A stretch of DNA of 64,000 nt from Escherichia phage FL08, in sequence record PP400785; one strand, written 5' to 3'. The notes under the pieces are model-generated. The model ran no database searches and was not told where the DNA came from. It saw nothing but the letters and a program-made list of their open reading frames with translations. Position numbers and translations under genes: made by a program. Positions 61,130 to 64,000 of the stretch are shown in pieces (position 1 is the stretch's first letter; each line of letters begins with the position of its first letter).

Positions 61130-61159
61130 ATAGTACCACAGTATGCTTTGGTTGTAAAC
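61130..61159 (-). promoter_or_regulatory. early promoter (GGTTTAC-N18-TACTAT) for motA
   Basis: The - strand reads ...tttcacaaaacGGTTTACa...ggtaCTATACAACTATC upstream of motA. Confidence 0.55.
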
Positions 61160-61177
61160 CGTTTTGTGAAAAAATTT

Positions 61178-61209
61178 TTAAAATAAAAAGGGAGAGCCGA
61201 GGCTCTCCC
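61178..61209 (-). terminator. rho-independent terminator after the gene 52 operon
   Basis: The - strand reads GGGAGAGCC-UC-GGCUCUCCC followed by UUUUUAUUUUAAAAAUUUUUU. Confidence 0.75.
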
Positions 61210-61214
61210 TAAAA

Positions 61215-61364
61215 TTACTGCATGACTGTGATAACTGTCATGATAACACGTTGAATTCCGAACGCAAGAAGACCTCCTGCTACGGCTGGAACAACGCCTA
61301 AACCCGCCAGTAAAATGCTACCAGATACTAATGCAGCGCTTGTAATACCTATGAATGGACTCAT
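61215..61364 (-). CDS. small hydrophobic membrane protein
   Basis: 49-aa ORF MSPFIGITSAALVSGSILLAGLGVVPAVAGGLLAFGIQRVIMTVITVMQ, ATGA-coupled to the gene 52 stop; not in the ORF track. Confidence 0.45.
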   Translation of the reverse strand: MSPFIGITSAALVSGSILLAGLGVVPAVAGGLLAFGIQRVIMTVITVMQ

Positions 61365-62689
61365 TTGATTTCCTCTAAATCTTTAGTGTATTCAGTAACT
61401 ACATCAGTAGTTTTCCAATATTCGTTTTCTTCTTTTTTAGCTTTAGCTTCTTCAGCAAGTTTCTTCGCTTCATCGGAAGTCATATGAAAAATATTCATTC
61501 CAACTAGTTTATCAACATAAGAAGAATACATATCGATTTTCGAAAGTTCTTCGGTCAGTTCTTTACGAGTTTTACCCTGTACAACAATTTCACCTGAAAT
61601 TACTTTCTTAATGAAATGTGCCTTGGCAAAGGCTAAACGAAATGCTGATTCAGTTTCTTTAATTTTGTTATCAATTCGTTTTTGGACATAAGTTTTACGA
61701 ACTTCAACGAAGTCTTTAATTAAATCGACTACGTTATCGTAAACTTGTAGTTTTCCTTTCTCATTAATAACCGTAATATTCTGAGAACGACGCTCAATCA
61801 ACCCGAAGTCTTTCATAATTTTTGCATGGCGTTCTTCTTCGTTATCGCTCAAAGAGTATTCTTTGCGGAATTTAACTTTGAAGCCAAAACCATGCTCACC
61901 GCAAGCATCATCCCATGTAATGAAGCCTTTATCTTCAAGTGGGTCTAAGATTTTACTCACATAAGTTTCACGATCATACTTATATGGAATCTCAGTGATA
62001 TGCATTTGAGTTCGTGAAGTAAACTTATATGTTCCACGAATTTCATACTGCCCATCAATTTCAACAACTTCACCACGAAATTCTGGGAATTCTACCTTCG
62101 GTTTAGTTACTTTCTTTCCTTGAAGAGCTTGCAGTACAGCTTTCTTAATAGAAGAAACACTATGAGGAAGAATGTAAGTTGCATAACCAGTTGCAATACC
62201 GGAAACGCCATTAAGAAGAACAGTAGGAATAATAGGCAAATAGAAAGCAGGCGGAATGTGTTCTTTATCTTGATGTACTGGAGCATATTCAGTATCTTTA
62301 TATACGTTATAGAAATTTTTACTTACACGAGCAAAAATATAACGACTTGCTGCTGCTTTTTGAACGGTACGAGAACCAAAGTTTCCTTGACCATCTAACA
62401 GAGGAAAGTTATTATTCCAAGTATTAGCCATCAAAGCGCCTGCGTCTTGTGCAGAGTTTTCGCCATGGTGATATCCAAGGTCCGCTACACCACCTGCAAT
62501 AGAAGCGAGTTTGTGAAACTTATCTTTATTTCCTCGTGCCAAATCAAGAGCTCGAGCAATAACAAATCGTTGAACTGGCTTAAATCCATCAATCATATTT
62601 GGAATGGCACGATTTTCAACCGTGTACATAGCATAAGCCAATGCTTCATTATCAATGATACTTTTTAAATCGCGATTATTCAGTTGCAT
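61361..62689 (-). CDS. 52: gp52 topoisomerase II medium subunit
   Basis: 442 aa as in T4 gp52; N-terminal ...AIPNMIDGFKPVQRFV. Confidence 0.93.
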   Translation of the reverse strand: MQLNNRDLKSIIDNEALAYAMYTVENRAIPNMIDGFKPVQRFVIARALDLARGNKDKFHKLASIAGGVADLGYHHGENSAQDAGALMANTWNNNFPLLDGQGNFGSRTVQKAAASRYIFARVSKNFYNVYKDTEYAPVHQDKEHIPPAFYLPIIPTVLLNGVSGIATGYATYILPHSVSSIKKAVLQALQGKKVTKPKVEFPEFRGEVVEIDGQYEIRGTYKFTSRTQMHITEIPYKYDRETYVSKILDPLEDKGFITWDDACGEHGFGFKVKFRKEYSLSDNEEERHAKIMKDFGLIERRSQNITVINEKGKLQVYDNVVDLIKDFVEVRKTYVQKRIDNKIKETESAFRLAFAKAHFIKKVISGEIVVQGKTRKELTEELSKIDMYSSYVDKLVGMNIFHMTSDEAKKLAEEAKAKKEENEYWKTTDVVTEYTKDLEEIK

Positions 62690-62693
62690 AAAT

Positions 62694-62834
62694 TTACCAT
62701 ACTAGTGAATGTAGTGCCATAATAACATCAGAAATGAAAAGCACGACTTGAATTAATCCGAACATTACTCCATAATATAGTGCTACCAATAAAGCAGCAA
62801 GGGCTAATGAATAGCCCAAGATTTTCTTAATCAT
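62694..62834 (-). CDS. small hydrophobic membrane protein
   Basis: 46-aa ORF MIKKILGYSLALAALLVALYYGVMFGLIQVVLFISDVIMALHSLVW; not in the ORF track. Confidence 0.4.
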   Translation of the reverse strand: MIKKILGYSLALAALLVALYYGVMFGLIQVVLFISDVIMALHSLVW

Positions 62835-62982
62835 TAGATAACAACACAAATGTTAAATATGCACACATACCCTGGGCTAAAGCTTGTGAAAACACACTGC
62901 TAGCATCGATACAGATAGTTAAAACACATGCTACTATCCAACAAATAAATGAAATAACTCCTAATAATTTTGCGATATTCAT
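62827..62982 (-). CDS. ac: small membrane protein, Ac (acridine sensitivity) candidate
   Basis: 51-aa hydrophobic ORF MNIAKLLGVISFICWIVACVLTICIDASSVFSQALAQGMCAYLTFVLLSND; size and position between 52 and stp as for T4 ac. Confidence 0.55.
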   Translation of the reverse strand: MNIAKLLGVISFICWIVACVLTICIDASSVFSQALAQGMCAYLTFVLLSND

Positions 62983-62989
62983 ATTTTCC

Positions 62990-63070
62990 TCACTGGCGTC
63001 CGAAGACGCCTTTAGTTTTAAGATTATTACGATAGAACTGCATCACATGTTCGTTATGGAAATTACTCAT
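62990..63070 (-). CDS. stp: Stp peptide (suppressor of three-prime phosphatase)
   Basis: 26-aa ORF translating exactly to [26 protein letters not shown]; ATG overlaps the ndd stop by one base. Confidence 0.85.
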
Positions 63071-63528
63071 TAATATGCCTGCAAAACAAATTTAAAGTTA
63101 TCAGCCAACATACGGTTCATTTCTTCAAGTGTTTGATACTCAGAATGATGATTACGAGTAAACGCTAAAGCTAACTGTCCTTTTCCAAATCCCGTCGTCA
63201 GAGGTTTCATCTTAGAAGCAGGCAGATAAAATACTGTGTATGGAACATTGTTATTTGCAATAGTACGTGCAAGCTGAGACCGACGTTGACGAATATGACT
63301 TAGAACTGCACTGAATCCTTGCTTAGAACGCTGATTACCTACATAAAATCGTGCTGACACACATGGATTACTAAATGGACGACCATCTAATTTACTTACT
63401 AAAAAGTAAAATCCAGGTTTAGATAAAATATCTTTATGCGGAGTTCCCAAAAACCACTCACCACCCTTGATTGTACCAATAACAGTAGCGCCTGCATTAT
63501 TCAGATCAGTAACAGTCATGTATTTCAT
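63070..63528 (-). CDS. ndd: Ndd nucleoid disruption protein
   Basis: 152 aa from the ATG at 63528 ([18 protein letters not shown]...; GAGG SD); the ORF track start at 63582 is upstream. Confidence 0.85.
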
Positions 63529-63586
63529 ATTAATTTCCTCTAAATTATTTTCTACTCCAAGGCCGCATGAATACGCAGCCATTAAA

Positions 63587-63802
63587 TTAATCGTCGCAGT
63601 CGACGCTCAATTCCCAAAACTCTTCTACTGTATAAGTTTCAGTATCATTTTCAATACAGAAACGTTCATTACTATTATTTGCTAAAGTAGCATTAACTGT
63701 CGGTTTCTCGCTAGTGCTCTTAAGAGGTGAAATACGAATTAACTGATCACCGTTATCTAAACAGAAAATTTCACCAACTTTTACATCTTTAAAACTTTTC
63801 AT
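63587..63802 (-). CDS. hypothetical protein (ndd.1 position)
   Basis: 71-aa ORF, GAGGTG SD. Confidence 0.5.
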   Translation of the reverse strand: MKSFKDVKVGEIFCLDNGDQLIRISPLKSTSEKPTVNATLANNSNERFCIENDTETYTVEEFWELSVDCDD

Positions 63803-63810
63803 AATTCACC

Positions 63811-63921
63811 TCAAGGAGTATAAAATCCAAATGCAGTTGTTGACCATCCCATCCAATATGGGAAATTTGCACCAATGTAAAACATGAGAATATAAAACCA
63901 ACCACTCAGCAAATTCATCAT
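63811..63921 (-). CDS. small hydrophobic protein
   Basis: 36-aa ORF MMNLLSGWFYILMFYIGANFPYWMGWSTTAFGFYTP; not in the ORF track. Confidence 0.35.
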   Translation of the reverse strand: MMNLLSGWFYILMFYIGANFPYWMGWSTTAFGFYTP

Positions 63922-64000
63922 TTTACACCATTCCAAATTGTTTCAACCACAGATTTTAAACCATTTTGATGAATATCCATTCCGACTACCGCCATCAAAT
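63918..64000 (-). CDS. hypothetical protein, 3' end only (5' end outside window)
   Basis: Open frame entering from the window edge, ending ...IWNGVK with the stop overlapping the next ATG. Confidence 0.3.
   Translation of the reverse strand, partial: LMAVVGMDIHQNGLKSVVETIWNGVK

Overview
This window reads as a near-contiguous stretch of a T4-type (T-even, Tequatrovirus-like) phage genome, collinear with the T4 map from the 3' end of gene 22 through ndd. Late structural genes are on the + strand (23, 24, uvsW, 51-27-28-29-48-54, 34-35-36-37-38, t); early and middle genes are on the - strand (rnlB, hoc/inh, uvsY, 25/26, alt, 30 ligase and the 30.x block, rIII, 31, cd, pseT, alc, rnlA, denA, nrdB, mobE, nrdA, td, frd, 32, 59, 33, dsbA, rnh, asiA, arn, motA, 52, ac, stp, ndd). 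Gene calls rest on ORF length and order matching T4 as I remember it, plus motifs visible in the translations; no database search was run. I did not find a single clear-cut novel system; the accessory content is the reportable part. The main departures from the T4 arrangement: (1) a ~410-bp insertion carrying a ~115-aa ORF between td and frd, which overlap in T4, leaving a vestigial ATG-AAA-TAA at the frd end; (2) two tandem full-length alt-family ADP-ribosyltransferase genes; (3) an extra HNH endonuclease gene with a TTG start coupled to the uvsW stop, paralogous to mobE; (4) intron-less td and nrdB; (5) a T2-type host-range cassette, with gp37 carrying a C-terminal autoproteolytic chaperone-like domain and gp38 being a glycine-rich adhesin. 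Regulatory signals recognisable by eye include TATAAATA late promoters, GTTTAC-N17/18-TAtaAT early promoters (several sharing extended sequence), one MotA-box middle promoter, UUCG/GNRA-loop terminators and the gene 32 translational operator. Many small ORFs are left as hypothetical, and some starts in the supplied ORF track are TTG/GTG rather than ATG and were adjusted where an ATG with a Shine-Dalgarno was evident.
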